Positions 40,052 to 51,511 of a stretch of DNA of 64,000 nt are shown one piece after another. The position numbers were made by a program, and so were the translations under genes. Each line of letters opens with the position of its first letter. Position 1 is the stretch's first letter. This DNA comes from Paramoeba atlantica (lineage: Eukaryota; Protista; Discosea): assembly GCA_977017575.1 (NCBI GenBank), contig CDRNVI010000071.1, positions 251,929 to 315,928 of the forward strand. Direction: 5' to 3'. Under the pieces are notes generated by a model. It ran no database searches. It saw only the letters and a list, made by a program, of their open reading frames with translations, and was not told the DNA's origin.

Positions 40052-42100
40052 TTACTGGCGCAGCGGCTTAGCAACCTTTTCACGTTTTTTTCCAATATCA
40101 ACGTGATACATACTTTCTTTCATACGATGACTAAACCTCTCATCAATCGAACCAATTTCTCGAGCTGCGCGGTTCATGTCGATGGAAGAAATAGGAGTAT
40201 CTTCATTAAGCTTCCCATTAAGATTTGTGGCGCTACCGAGACAGGATATTTCAGGTTGAAACTGTAGGCCTTGACGAGCTAAACGACGGGCTTGTCGTTC
40301 GATTCTATTTTCTCTTGCTTGCGCTTGTTTCTTTTGTTTGTGTAGCCTACGCTTGCGACTGCGTTTAGAAATATCATTTTCCGATCGTACGTCTTGCATC
40401 TGTTCATCTGAGTCAACTGTATTCTCCAGGTTATTTTTCTGAAAATTTCTATCTGGACTTTCCGCAGTATCTAAGTTGCTATTTCGAATTATGGTTTTCA
40501 AATCCTCAGTGGAGCATGGCGTTTCTACTCTTGTTTCCGTTTCTTCAACATTTTCGGTCTTAGAACGCTGTTTTTGACGTTGTGCCTTTCGCTTAACATC
40601 TCGTCGTTCTCCAACTGTTTTTACGTTTTGCAATGCAAGATGATACATTGATTCCTCGTGGATCTTTTCCACCACAGCATCGTCATGAGCGGTAAACTCC
40701 GTGTAAAAGTCACCATTGTTGGTGGAGTGATTAGGAAACTTGCTGACCTCACTCGATACGCTCTCTAACTCATCAATGTAAGGCTCACTAGAAATCTTCG
40801 TTGAGGACCCGTCCTCTTGCAAATCCTTTTCATTATCGTGGTCTTTATCTTCCGTTTGATAACCTTCTAGCAGGCATGCGTATTTTTCCTTTTGAGAGCT
40901 ACAAGATCTTCCCATAGTAACTTGACTTTCTTCGCTTTCAGATGCTACATAGGCATCCAAGTCACCCATTTGCATGTCTTTCATTGCAAATGCATTCTTG
41001 AGTGCAGCAGTACGCTTTAGGTCAGTCATGTCCCAAAGCAAGGAAGCCGCACTTGGAGTATTAGACATACCAGATGTTTCCCCTGTACTCGGTAAGATCC
41101 TTTCATGAGTTTGTAGTGCGGAGAGGGCAGGGGAGAGGACATATTCAAGAGGCAGAGTGTGACAATGATCAGAGACATTTTCCTCGTCAAAGTTCATTTC
41201 TTGTGGAACGTATCTTAGAAACATTACAATTCCAGCGAATTCCACTTCTCTCTCATTACATTGCTCGTATAATTCGCTAGCTGTTGCTGGTGTGTCACAT
41301 TCGATTATGGCATAGTAAAATTTTTTTCGCAGCTCACCGTATGCAATAATTTTTTCCGGATCCATATCGTTGTTGATGTCCGCCGAAGTGTCCGCCGAAT
41401 GAAATTCTTCTTCATTGGGAACTTCCGATTCTTTTTTGAGGCGTTTCATTTTCAAATGCGGCCTCTCGCTCTGGATTTTAGAATTTGACTGAATGCCCTT
41501 TTCTGCACGCCAAACATTAGGAACCTGTTCCCCTTCTCGATGCTGAATCCCCACTTCACTGACATAAATTTTTACGTCTCGTACTGCTCCACCATGTGGG
41601 GTAAAAGAATGAAATAATGCAAAAAGATCAAGGGCCGTTACGTAATCCCACTCGAATTCAACTAACGCAAGTCGTGAAGTAGCCTCTATAGTTGCATCCT
41701 CCGAGGGACACTCCGTCCCATGTTCAGTGCTTGAGACTTGAGGTACCATAGCGACTGAGTTATTATCTGACTGATTCCCTGAAAACTCCCCGATAGAGTC
41801 ATCATTTCCATCAGAACAGATTTCCATATGTTCCTTATGCATAGTTAAATGATTCTTAAAGCGTATGTCGGAAGCTGTGTCAAGCGAAGCGTCAGTAACA
41901 TTTTTATTCACGAAATGGTTTTTCTTCGGCAATTTGCATACGCGTTTTTTGCTTTCTCGGTCATTGTATTGCACTCGAGAGTTTGAATCACGATATAGCG
42001 TACGAAATCGGGGGTCGTGTAGCTCTCTAAAGCGATTGTCATTTGTACCACGAATTTTCCGACTGCGCTGAGTCGTCGCTTTTTGCGTAATTTCACACAT
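40052..42100 (-). CDS. ESF1: Pre-rRNA processing protein ESF1
   Basis: TSRLALVEFEWDYVTALDLFALFHSFTP.GG.V..V.IY.SE.G, FYYAIIECD..TA..LY..C, LRYVP. First ATG at 42100. Confidence 0.88.
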   Translation of the reverse strand: MCEITQKATTQRSRKIRGTNDNRFRELHDPRFRTLYRDSNSRVQYNDRESKKRVCKLPKKNHFVNKNVTDASLDTASDIRFKNHLTMHKEHMEICSDGNDDSIGEFSGNQSDNNSVAMVPQVSSTEHGTECPSEDATIEATSRLALVEFEWDYVTALDLFALFHSFTPHGGAVRDVKIYVSEVGIQHREGEQVPNVWRAEKGIQSNSKIQSERPHLKMKRLKKESEVPNEEEFHSADTSADINNDMDPEKIIAYGELRKKFYYAIIECDTPATASELYEQCNEREVEFAGIVMFLRYVPQEMNFDEENVSDHCHTLPLEYVLSPALSALQTHERILPSTGETSGMSNTPSAASLLWDMTDLKRTAALKNAFAMKDMQMGDLDAYVASESEESQVTMGRSCSSQKEKYACLLEGYQTEDKDHDNEKDLQEDGSSTKISSEPYIDELESVSSEVSKFPNHSTNNGDFYTEFTAHDDAVVEKIHEESMYHLALQNVKTVGERRDVKRKAQRQKQRSKTENVEETETRVETPCSTEDLKTIIRNSNLDTAESPDRNFQKNNLENTVDSDEQMQDVRSENDISKRSRKRRLHKQKKQAQARENRIERQARRLARQGLQFQPEISCLGSATNLNGKLNEDTPISSIDMNRAAREIGSIDERFSHRMKESMYHVDIGKKREKVAKPLRQ

Positions 42101-42354
42101 GTTCACACAAATTGCATATCTCAGTTCTTGAAAAACAAAGTTCAATAATGTTTTTTAAGTCACACGGAAATACTCTAAACTAACTTCAAGCAAAGCGCCC
42201 TTCGCTTGAAAAAATCATACGACTTTTGTTATGACGAAAAGAATACAAACCTATAGACATAAAAGATACTTCTCGTTCGACTAAAATCTTTTACACGTAG
42301 GATCCTTAAGAAAAAGTCTTTTTACAGAAACAAATAACTCTCTTGAAAGACACC

Positions 42355-42939
42355 CTAGTGCGGATCCGGAGTGTACCCGTCCACGGCCATATTCCGTGTT
42401 GCGCTGGGTATCTCCACCACCGTCCCTTCCATATCCTTTGTGACTTTGACTTGGCACCCAAGCCGGGAAGTCGGACGCAAGTCGAACGCTAAATCCAGCA
42501 AATCCTCCTCCGCTTCACACGGCACGGGGGCCGTTGCGTAGGCCCGGGCGTCAAGGATACAGTGGCACGTGCTGCACGCCAGACTGCCCTCACACGCGGC
42601 CTCCAGACCAATATCGTGCTCCCGCGAGACCTCCAGCAGGGTCTGGCCCTCACGTGCGGTCACTGTCTTGTGCCCATCCGGCAGCTTGTTCCCTTTCCAG
42701 GTAAACGTGACGGGATCCCCTCCGCAGGTACGCTGCGAATGAGAACGTACCGAGAAAACGTATGGAGGAACACGATGTTTTGCGGACCGCATGCCTTGTA
42801 AACAGGCATGCGCTGGGCGAGAGTGAATTCTGAATAAGGGATAGGTGCCATGGTGAGGTGCCACGGGGTGCGTTATTCCGTGCCATAAGGCTCTTTTCCA
42901 ATGCGACATTGTATAACTCATCATTTTCATTCTGGACAT
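42355..42939 (-). CDS. Mitochondrial adrenodoxin-type [2Fe-2S] ferredoxin
   Basis: LEAACEGSLACSTCH..EEDLLDLAF.L..TSRLGCQ. Confidence 0.96.
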   Translation of the reverse strand: MSRMKMMSYTMSHWKRALWHGITHPVAPHHGTYPLFRIHSRPAHACLQGMRSAKHRVPPYVFSVRSHSQRTCGGDPVTFTWKGNKLPDGHKTVTAREGQTLLEVSREHDIGLEAACEGSLACSTCHCILDARAYATAPVPCEAEEDLLDLAFDLRPTSRLGCQVKVTKDMEGTVVEIPSATRNMAVDGYTPDPH

Positions 42940-43137
42940 ATTAGGTATCTTTCTACGGATACCACAGTTTTAAAGATCTCATAGATAAAAAGATTTTTTT
43001 CCGTTCGAAGTATGAATAAAAAAGTGATTAGTCAACTAAAATAATGAGCTTGCAAAGAAAAAACTGTCGACAACTTACAGTCAGGGGTGTATAAGTGAGT
43101 AGAAAAATAAAAAAATGGTATGAGGAATTTATGTAGA

Positions 43138-46100
43138 CTATGCCTTGGGACGTCTTTCCAACCCCCTTTTCAATACATTTGTAGTATGCGTGACCTGCAC
43201 TTTCGATGAACTATCTGTATTGCCTGTTTGCCGGGAGAAATCAGCTACCTCGCCGTCGACTGCCTTGAAGCACGTATCGTCTTCTAGACTAGTTTCAGAG
43301 TCTTTCAACTTTGCCCGATGAGGAAATTCATCCAGTTGACATAGTACACGTAAATATTCCACGATGCTTTTAATCCCGCGCTGCAACAAAGCCCTTAGTT
43401 GTGCGATAGGGATCGACATTGTATTAAATGGAGGCTGTTTGGTAAGTTCTTCGAGTGAATATCCATGTAAGCCTACGCCCAATAATATAGCGGACACGGA
43501 GGGACTAAGTACAACTCCAGCTTCAATCCCCTTCTCTGGGTGGTGAAACAATTTTTTGGAAAAGTACAGGCTGGCTAAGGTGGGAAGCAAGTCACGGATT
43601 ATGGCAAGATCAACTCGAAGCTGCGTAAAAGAACTCATGCGAGCCATGTCAGTTGAGGACAGACGCTGTGATACTTCTGTCCGTGTTGCCTGCGGTACAC
43701 CATCCACAGTGACCCTCGACGTCTCCTCATCATATTCCGTCAGGCGCTGCATTGCGCTTTCTAGATGGGTGGGTGTATCCACTGCTAAAGCCAGAGAGAC
43801 GTCCAGGGGTAGTCCCCGAAAAACGGAAGAGACGAGCGCAAGATAGCGCTGATGAAACTCCTGTCGAAGATCATTAAAAAGAATCCACAGATTCCTGTTT
43901 CCCACTGTCTGGACGAGAGGCTGCATCATAAGCAGTGAGTGTTCCGCCGTCATCTCGTTGGTTTGTTGGCGCAAGTAGTAAGGGGCAAAGCCGCATTTTG
44001 TCCAGAACTCAAACAAGGGGGCTGTTACACCATACACTGTCCCTATGTATGCTTGACCGCTCATTTTATGACATTTTGAGTCAAGTTCAACAAAAAGTGC
44101 AGCGTTTGAGGCATCAGAAGTTTCAGTCACATCAGAACTGTAATGTGCATCCCCCAAGAAAGAAGTGGATGACTTTGAAAACTCGGAGCTGCTGCCACGT
44201 AAGTATTCAATCAATAGTGACATGGCTTTGGATCCATACCCGGAGCGTTGAAAGGCACTGTGTGTGGCAATACGTACCACTCGTAGGCCACGTAATGCGG
44301 CTAACTCTGGTTGAAGAAAATAACTTGCAAGTGTGTAGGGTATCATATCCCCACTAGGCTTAGTGGCCTCGTCGAGGTGGCGCTGGAGCTTGTCTTGCCC
44401 CACCCCGCCTTCCTCACACAGCTGAATGACGCAATAGATGTCGCAGTGCGTGGGTTCGCCGTGCGGGACGGGACCCGTGAGTACGAGCAAGTGGTGGGCA
44501 GGGGCGTCGCAGAGCAGTTGCAAGTCGTTGGGCTGGTTTCGGTAGTGAGCGCCAACAAGCAGTGACATCACACGTTGGAGAAAAATTTCCGCTGTGGGCT
44601 CTGAAGAGAAGAGCACGTCCCGGTTTACGTAGTGCAGAGTGCACGAACGCGGATCCGGACTACTTTTCGGGGTGTACGTCTCCGTCGTGCACTCGAGGCA
44701 GAGTAAATTGTACAACCAACGTTCAATGGGATCGTTTAATGCATATCGTATGGGCTCTTTGAGTTCTATTTCTTGTAGGGTCCTAGACCGATGGGCCCAG
44801 GGGTCTCCGATCGCCTCCTTCTTGCGTGGCTCCTGGGTGCTCGTCTGCTTCAACTCCTTTATGAGCTTTAGTGACAGACTTCGCCCCGTTCCTTCGTATC
44901 CGCTAATAGTAGAGGACATCATAACAAGGTAGGGACCAAGTAGCTTCCTTACCATAGGCAAGGGAATTGCCGCGGCTTCTTCGACTATCACAAGTTCAGC
45001 CTGTGATGTCAGAAGCGAGTCTTGGGGAAAAATGTATTGAAGCAGTTGACGGTGATGATTTTTCCCCCGACGCAACACAACGCGAACAATACAATGTGAA
45101 AGCTCAGGAGCCGAACAGTAAAATTTCTCATAGTCGGAATGCTCAACGTAGCCCAGAGCGGTGAGACCTTTCAGCAAGAACTCGAAAAGGGTCGCAACGT
45201 TTTCTGGACTTGGAGAAGTGACAAGCATGTTTGAGTAGCCCAGATGGAAGGCACCGGCGACTGCCATACCAAGCGCCGCAGACTTTCCGCGCCCTCGCCC
45301 CGCGGTCATGGAAAGCGTGACATCGAGTGACTTCTCGGAAAGTACCTTCACTAACGTAAGAAGCGCTTTGGCCTGGTCCAAAGTCACGGAAAGCTGTGCC
45401 AATGGACCGACAAGTGCTTGTGTCTTTAAGGCCTCTTTCATTTCACGAAGCGATTTCTCCGCCGGAGTGAGTAATCCTCCACCCACTCCCTCAACAGTGG
45501 CAACATATCTCATTGATGGATCCAACGATACTGCATCAGTAATTGGAAGAACCTCAAGTCGGTCGTTGACACAAATAAAATTCTTACAGTCCGCAAAACT
45601 GCGGACAAGTCTCCGGTTAAATCGTGGAATAACTACTGGATGAGACTCGGTGCGGTACTTTGAGTGTACTTCCATGACCAAAGTGTGGAGTTGGCGCAGT
45701 GAAGTCATCGTTCGTAGCATTAACAAAATAAGCCCTCCACCAGCCACGGTCTCGATGGTACGTGCAAGTACATTCGGGGTTAAGGCCTCAAAATCCTGCA
45801 AGACAAGCATGGGAAAGGTGCACCCTAATATTTTTTGGGACTCCTTGTAGTAACAGTACCGAATAGAAGTTTGCGCTAGAAACGTCTCAAACGATTCGTG
45901 AGTTTCTGTCGTTACCTTTCCCGACGAAATCTCACGCCGACTTTGAGTCAGACGCTTTTTCCGCGACATTCCACCAAACGAGAGTTCGTTCTTCATACAC
46001 CATAGTACAGAAGGATTAGTCTCATTACGAGCCTTGCTCAGCATGTAGTGAAAATTCATTACCTGAGTTTTCGACTCGTCTCCTACTAGTGCTACAAGGC

Positions 46101-46239
46101 AGCGATGTTTATTGTGTACCGCTCGTTCAAGAACGCCTGGGATACGGTCATCGACTTTTACTAATTTCTTTGTCGGCTCTGACACAGTCTTTACATCTGT
46201 CTCGGTATCAGATACCCTACGTTTCCCGCTCCAACGCAT
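43138..46239 (-). CDS. NAT10: RNA cytidine acetyltransferase NAT10/Kre33
   Basis: QDFEALTPNVLARTIETV.GGG, TAGRGRGKSAALG, GYEGTGRSLSLKL, HYRNQPNDLQLL.DAPAH, RVVRIATH..QR.GYGS. Start placed at MRWSGK (46239); the track's extension covers a polypyrimidine tract. Confidence 0.96.
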   Translation of the reverse strand: MRWSGKRRVSDTETDVKTVSEPTKKLVKVDDRIPGVLERAVHNKHRCLVALVGDESKTQVMNFHYMLSKARNETNPSVLWCMKNELSFGGMSRKKRLTQSRREISSGKVTTETHESFETFLAQTSIRYCYYKESQKILGCTFPMLVLQDFEALTPNVLARTIETVAGGGLILLMLRTMTSLRQLHTLVMEVHSKYRTESHPVVIPRFNRRLVRSFADCKNFICVNDRLEVLPITDAVSLDPSMRYVATVEGVGGGLLTPAEKSLREMKEALKTQALVGPLAQLSVTLDQAKALLTLVKVLSEKSLDVTLSMTAGRGRGKSAALGMAVAGAFHLGYSNMLVTSPSPENVATLFEFLLKGLTALGYVEHSDYEKFYCSAPELSHCIVRVVLRRGKNHHRQLLQYIFPQDSLLTSQAELVIVEEAAAIPLPMVRKLLGPYLVMMSSTISGYEGTGRSLSLKLIKELKQTSTQEPRKKEAIGDPWAHRSRTLQEIELKEPIRYALNDPIERWLYNLLCLECTTETYTPKSSPDPRSCTLHYVNRDVLFSSEPTAEIFLQRVMSLLVGAHYRNQPNDLQLLCDAPAHHLLVLTGPVPHGEPTHCDIYCVIQLCEEGGVGQDKLQRHLDEATKPSGDMIPYTLASYFLQPELAALRGLRVVRIATHSAFQRSGYGSKAMSLLIEYLRGSSSEFSKSSTSFLGDAHYSSDVTETSDASNAALFVELDSKCHKMSGQAYIGTVYGVTAPLFEFWTKCGFAPYYLRQQTNEMTAEHSLLMMQPLVQTVGNRNLWILFNDLRQEFHQRYLALVSSVFRGLPLDVSLALAVDTPTHLESAMQRLTEYDEETSRVTVDGVPQATRTEVSQRLSSTDMARMSSFTQLRVDLAIIRDLLPTLASLYFSKKLFHHPEKGIEAGVVLSPSVSAILLGVGLHGYSLEELTKQPPFNTMSIPIAQLRALLQRGIKSIVEYLRVLCQLDEFPHRAKLKDSETSLEDDTCFKAVDGEVADFSRQTGNTDSSSKVQVTHTTNVLKRGLERRPKA

Positions 46240-46780
46240 TTTAGAGAGAAGAAAAAAAAAGAAAAAATCCAATACGATGGCGTGCAAGTATATGATAGTG
46301 CAACTAAAACATAGTGCAAGTAAATGATACAAGCGCTAACGCATCCAAATGGGCTTCACATAACCAACCGTATTCAAATGTATTAGACATTGTCTTAACA
46401 TAATCATGCGTGTTAGATTATCGTTTTGTATTCATCTCATAAAAAAGAATACAAAAAGAAGCGAATAAGGAATACGTCTGCTTCTGACAAGATCATTACA
46501 TAATTAGACTTGCAATCGATCGTGAACAATTTCTTTAATGAACGTTTTTCATGATCCTTTTAATGAATTTTTCATTCATCAATAGTCGCGTAACCCAATG
46601 AATAAACTCGCATTCACCAAAATACACCACACCATTCTTACATTAAATTTTTATTCATCCAATCAAATAAACACAAACATAAACTTCAATAAATAATAAC
46701 CACTCAACAAAATCTTACAGAAACACATTTAGGAAAAATAAAGAAAACAAGCAATCCGTTGGAGCAGTCCTGCCCTTGAA

Positions 46781-48790
46781 TTAGTCTACCTCTTCAACCT
46801 TGGGTCCCGAGCTCGCCGGTGGGGCCGGGGCGGCTCCCCCGGCACCTGGGAATCCCTCCGGCATTCCTCCAGGAAATCCCCCGGGCATCCCACCGGGAAA
46901 CCCTCCCGGGGCTGCACCCTCCGCCCCTGGGGCGCCTCCACCCTGCTGGTACATCTTGGTCATGATGGGTGTGCATTTCTGCTCCAGCTCCTTCTGCCGC
47001 CCTTCGTACTCCTCCTTGCTCGCCTCCTGACTGGACTCAAGCCACTTGATGGTTTCCTCCACGGCATCGAGAAGGGTCTGCTTGTCGCCCGCGTCCAGCT
47101 TTCCCCCCACATTGGGGTCATTCGCGGTGTTCTTCATGCTGTACGCGTAGTTCTCGAGTCCGTTCTTCGCCTCGATACGCTCACGTTGCTTCCGGTCCTC
47201 CTCCTCGAACTTTGCGGACTCGTTCACCATGCGCTCGATCTCCTCCTTGCTGAGACGCCCCTTGTCGTTGGTGATGGTGATCTGGTTCTTCTTCCCCGTG
47301 CCCTTCTCCTCGGCGCTGACGTTCAGGATACCATTGGCATCGATGTCAAACGTGACTTCGATTTGTGGCACCCCGCGCGGCGCGGGTGGAATTCCCGAGA
47401 GATCGAATGTGCCGAGAAGGTGGCAGTCGCGTGTCATCGCGCGCTCACCCTCGAACACCTGGATATGCACCCCCGGTTGGTTGTCGCTGTACGTGGAGAA
47501 GGTCTGGCTCTTCTTGGTCGGGATCGTCGTGTTGCGCTTGATCAGGGACGTCATGACACCCCCGGCGGTTTCGATACCCAACGTCAGCGGGGCGACATCC
47601 AGGAGAAGAAGTCCCTCCGTCTGCTTACTCTTCCCGCCGGTGAGGATGTAGGCTTGCACCGCGGCACCGTACGCCACAGCCTCGTCCGGGTTAATACTCT
47701 TGTTGAGTTCCTTTCCGCCAAAGAAGTCGGAGACGAGCTGCTGCACCTTGGGAATACGAGTCGAACCACCGACCAGAACCACGTCGTGCACCGTGCGCTT
47801 GTCGATCTTCGCATCCGTCAGGACTTGTTCCACCGGCTTGAGTGTGGAGCGGAAGAGGTCCGCGCAAAGCTCCTCGAATCGCGCACGGGTGATGCTCGTG
47901 TAGAAGTCAATCCCCTCAAAAAGAGAGTCAATCTCCACGGAACTCTGAGCCGCGGAAGACAGAGTACGCTTGGCTCGCTCGCACGCGGTGCGAAGACGGC
48001 GTAGTGCTCGCTGGTTCTGCGACAGATCCTTCTTGTGCTTTCGCTTAAATTCCTCGACAAAGTGGTTCACGAGACGGTTGTCAAAGTCCTCACCACCGAG
48101 ATGGGTGTCTCCCGCCGTGGCCTTGACCTCGAAGATTCCACCATCGATGGTGAGCAGAGTGACGTCAAAGGTGCCGCCTCCGAGATCAAAGATGAGTACG
48201 TTCCGTTCTTGTTGGTCCGAGATCTTATCCAGGCCGTACGCAATCGCCGCCGCCGTGGGCTCGTTGATGATTCGAAGCACTTCCAGTCCGGCAATCGAGC
48301 CCGCGTCCTTCGTGGCCTGTCGTTGGGAGTCGTTGAAGTACGCCGGGACGGTGACCACCGCCTTCTTGACCTCCTTACCGAGATATGCCTCCGCAATCTC
48401 CTTCATCTTAATCAACACCATGGAGCTAATCTCCTCCGGCGTGAAGGTCTTTGCCTCGCTCTTGTACTGGACCTCCATCACGGGCTTCTCGTCCCCCTGG
48501 GAACGTACCTTAAAGGGCCAGTGCTTCATGTCGCTCTGAACAACGGAGTCGGAGATCTTACGCCCGATTAACCGCTTCGCATCAAACACACTGTTGGTCG
48601 GATTCATCGCTACCTGGTTCTTCGCGGCATCCCCAATCAGACGTTCAGTGTCCGTGAAGGCCACGTAGGACGGAGTCGTGTAGTTCCCCTGGTCATTCGC
48701 AATGATTACCACACGCTCGTTCTGCCACACCCCAACACAGGAGTAGGTGGTCCCGAGATCGATACCAATAGCTCCTTCGTACGTCATCAA
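46781..48790 (-). CDS. HSP70: Cytosolic HSP70, copy 1 (last in transcription order)
   Basis: [16 protein letters not shown]...GGMP repeats...GPKVEEVD. Confidence 0.99.
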   Translation of the reverse strand: MMTYEGAIGIDLGTTYSCVGVWQNERVVIIANDQGNYTTPSYVAFTDTERLIGDAAKNQVAMNPTNSVFDAKRLIGRKISDSVVQSDMKHWPFKVRSQGDEKPVMEVQYKSEAKTFTPEEISSMVLIKMKEIAEAYLGKEVKKAVVTVPAYFNDSQRQATKDAGSIAGLEVLRIINEPTAAAIAYGLDKISDQQERNVLIFDLGGGTFDVTLLTIDGGIFEVKATAGDTHLGGEDFDNRLVNHFVEEFKRKHKKDLSQNQRALRRLRTACERAKRTLSSAAQSSVEIDSLFEGIDFYTSITRARFEELCADLFRSTLKPVEQVLTDAKIDKRTVHDVVLVGGSTRIPKVQQLVSDFFGGKELNKSINPDEAVAYGAAVQAYILTGGKSKQTEGLLLLDVAPLTLGIETAGGVMTSLIKRNTTIPTKKSQTFSTYSDNQPGVHIQVFEGERAMTRDCHLLGTFDLSGIPPAPRGVPQIEVTFDIDANGILNVSAEEKGTGKKNQITITNDKGRLSKEEIERMVNESAKFEEEDRKQRERIEAKNGLENYAYSMKNTANDPNVGGKLDAGDKQTLLDAVEETIKWLESSQEASKEEYEGRQKELEQKCTPIMTKMYQQGGGAPGAEGAAPGGFPGGMPGGFPGGMPEGFPGAGGAAPAPPASSGPKVEEVD

Positions 48791-49145
48791 GTTAATAATA
48801 AAATGGAGAGATATGCAAAAGCAATGAAGCTATAGAATTAACTACATTTGAATTCAAGTTCCAACTAACAGACGTAATAATGCCGTGATATTGGGCGCGT
48901 AGAGGTCTTTTTTAAAGAACATATTGAAGCCAAAGCGGTAAAAAACACGACGCACTCATTTGCTCCAAAGTTGTTAGAACCAAAGTACGCTAAACAAGGT
49001 CAAACTAAATTATTTTACCCCAATTTTCCGAATTACGCACAAATAATTGCGTGGTTTACATTGTTAAATAATTTATTTGTCAAATATGTGATCCGAAAAG
49101 AAAAAAGGAAAACAAGCAATCCGTTGGAGCAGTCCTGCCCTTGAA

Positions 49146-51155
49146 TTAGTCTACCTCTTCAACCTTGGGTCCCGAGCTCGCCGGTGGGGCTGGGGCGGCT
49201 CCCCCGGCACCTGGGAATCCCTCCGGCATTCCTCCAGGAAATCCCCCGGGCATCCCACCGGGAAACCCTCCCGGGGCTGCACCCTCCGCCCCTGGGGCGC
49301 CTCCACCCTGCTGGTACATCTTGGTCATGATGGGTGTGCATTTCTGCTCCAGCTCCTTCTGCCGCCCTTCGTACTCCTCCTTGCTCGCCTCCTGACTGGA
49401 CTCAAGCCACTTGATGGTTTCCTCCACGGCATCGAGAAGGGTCTGCTTGTCGCCCTCGTCCAGCTTTCCCCCCACATTGGGGTCATTCGCGGTGTTCTTC
49501 ATGCTGTACGCGTAGTTCTCGAGTCCGTTCTTCGCCTCGATACGCTCACGTTGCTTCCGGTCCTCCTCCTCGAACTTTGCGGACTCGTTCACCATGCGCT
49601 CGATCTCCTCCTTGCTGAGACGCCCCTTGTCGTTGGTGATGGTGATCTGGTTCTTCTTCCCCGTGCCCTTCTCCTCGGCGCTGACGTTCAGGATACCATT
49701 GGCATCGATGTCAAACGTGACTTCGATTTGTGGCACCCCGCGCGGCGCGGGTGGAATTCCCGAGAGATCGAATGTGCCGAGAAGGTGGCAGTCGCGTGTC
49801 ATCGCGCGCTCACCCTCGAACACCTGGATATGCACCCCCGGTTGGTTGTCGCTGTACGTGGAGAAGGTCTGGCTCTTCTTGGTCGGGATCGTCGTGTTGC
49901 GCTTGATCAGGGACGTCATGACACCCCCGGCGGTTTCGATACCCAACGTCAGCGGGGCGACATCCAGGAGAAGAAGTCCCTCCGTCTGCTTACTCTTCCC
50001 GCCGGTGAGGATGTAGGCTTGCACCGCGGCACCGTACGCCACAGCCTCGTCCGGGTTAATACTCTTGTTGAGTTCCTTTCCGCCAAAGAAGTCGGAGACG
50101 AGCTGCTGCACCTTGGGAATACGAGTCGAACCACCGACCAGAACCACGTCGTGCACCGTGCGCTTGTCGATCTTCGCATCCGTCAGGACTTGTTCCACCG
50201 GCTTGAGTGTGGAGCGGAAGAGGTCCGCGCAAAGCTCCTCGAATCGCGCACGGGTGATGCTCGTGTAGAAGTCAATCCCCTCAAAAAGAGAGTCAATCTC
50301 CACGGAACTCTGAGCCGCGGAAGACAGAGTACGCTTGGCTCGCTCGCACGCGGTGCGAAGACGGCGTAGTGCTCGCTGGTTCTGCGACAGATCCTTCTTG
50401 TGCTTTCGCTTAAATTCCTCGACAAAGTGGTTCACGAGACGGTTGTCAAAGTCCTCACCACCGAGATGGGTGTCTCCCGCCGTGGCCTTGACCTCGAAGA
50501 TTCCACCATCGATGGTGAGCAGAGTGACGTCAAAGGTGCCGCCTCCGAGATCAAAGATGAGTACGTTCCGTTCTTGTTGGTCCGAGATCTTATCCAGGCC
50601 GTACGCAATCGCCGCCGCCGTGGGCTCGTTGATGATTCGAAGCACTTCCAGTCCGGCAATCGAGCCCGCGTCCTTCGTGGCCTGTCGTTGGGAGTCGTTG
50701 AAGTACGCCGGGACGGTGACCACCGCCTTCTTGACCTCCTTACCGAGATATGCCTCCGCAATCTCCTTCATCTTAATCAACACCATGGAGCTAATCTCCT
50801 CCGGCGTGAAGGTCTTTGCCTCGCTCTTGTACTGGACCTCCATCACGGGCTTCTCGTCCCCCTGGGAACGTACCTTAAAGGGCCAGTGCTTCATGTCGCT
50901 CTGAACAACGGAGTCGGAGATCTTACGCCCGATTAACCGCTTCGCATCAAACACACTGTTGGTCGGATTCATCGCTACCTGGTTCTTCGCGGCATCCCCA
51001 ATCAGACGTTCAGTGTCCGTGAAGGCCACGTAGGACGGAGTCGTGTAGTTCCCCTGGTCATTCGCAATGATTACCACACGCTCGTTCTGCCACACCCCAA
51101 CACAGGAGTAGGTGGTCCCGAGATCGATACCAATAGCTCCTTCGTACGTCATCAA
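49146..51155 (-). CDS. HSP70: Cytosolic HSP70, copy 2 (KLDEG variant)
   Basis: Same protein as copy 1 except A>E near the C-terminus. Confidence 0.99.
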   Translation of the reverse strand: MMTYEGAIGIDLGTTYSCVGVWQNERVVIIANDQGNYTTPSYVAFTDTERLIGDAAKNQVAMNPTNSVFDAKRLIGRKISDSVVQSDMKHWPFKVRSQGDEKPVMEVQYKSEAKTFTPEEISSMVLIKMKEIAEAYLGKEVKKAVVTVPAYFNDSQRQATKDAGSIAGLEVLRIINEPTAAAIAYGLDKISDQQERNVLIFDLGGGTFDVTLLTIDGGIFEVKATAGDTHLGGEDFDNRLVNHFVEEFKRKHKKDLSQNQRALRRLRTACERAKRTLSSAAQSSVEIDSLFEGIDFYTSITRARFEELCADLFRSTLKPVEQVLTDAKIDKRTVHDVVLVGGSTRIPKVQQLVSDFFGGKELNKSINPDEAVAYGAAVQAYILTGGKSKQTEGLLLLDVAPLTLGIETAGGVMTSLIKRNTTIPTKKSQTFSTYSDNQPGVHIQVFEGERAMTRDCHLLGTFDLSGIPPAPRGVPQIEVTFDIDANGILNVSAEEKGTGKKNQITITNDKGRLSKEEIERMVNESAKFEEEDRKQRERIEAKNGLENYAYSMKNTANDPNVGGKLDEGDKQTLLDAVEETIKWLESSQEASKEEYEGRQKELEQKCTPIMTKMYQQGGGAPGAEGAAPGGFPGGMPGGFPGGMPEGFPGAGGAAPAPPASSGPKVEEVD

Positions 51156-51511
51156 GTTAATAATAAAATGGAGAGATATGCAAAAGCAATGAAGCTATAG
51201 AATTAACTACATTTGAATTCAAGTTCCAACTAACAGACGTAATAATGCCGTGATATTGGGCGCGTAGAGGTCTTTTTTAAAGAACATATTGAAGCCAAAG
51301 CGGTAAAAAACACGACGCACTCATTTGCTCCAAAGTTGTTAGAACCAAAGTACGCTAAACAAGGTCAAACTAAATTATTTTACCCCAATTTTCCGAATTA
51401 CGCACAAATAATTGCGTGGTTTACATTGTTAAATAATTTATTTGTCAAATATGTGATCCGAAAAGAAAAAAGGAAAACAAGCAATCCGTTGGAGCAGTCC
51501 TAACCCTTGAA

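Noticed and set aside
25660-46239. Functional clustering of ISU1 with ferredoxin, and ESF1 with NAT10
   Set aside because: Kinetoplastid polycistrons are not grouped by function, and two loose pairs among about 14 genes are compatible with chance.
46240-46332. N-terminal extension of NAT10 in the ORF track (..FFFFFLLSK)
   Set aside because: It is the translation of a polypyrimidine tract and trans-splice acceptor region; the conserved protein begins at 46239.
47186-48571. Long plus-strand ORFs (272, 189, 178 and 140 aa) repeated in every HSP70 unit
   Set aside because: Antisense shadows of GC3-rich HSP70 codons, a well-known artefact; they are opposite to the polycistron.
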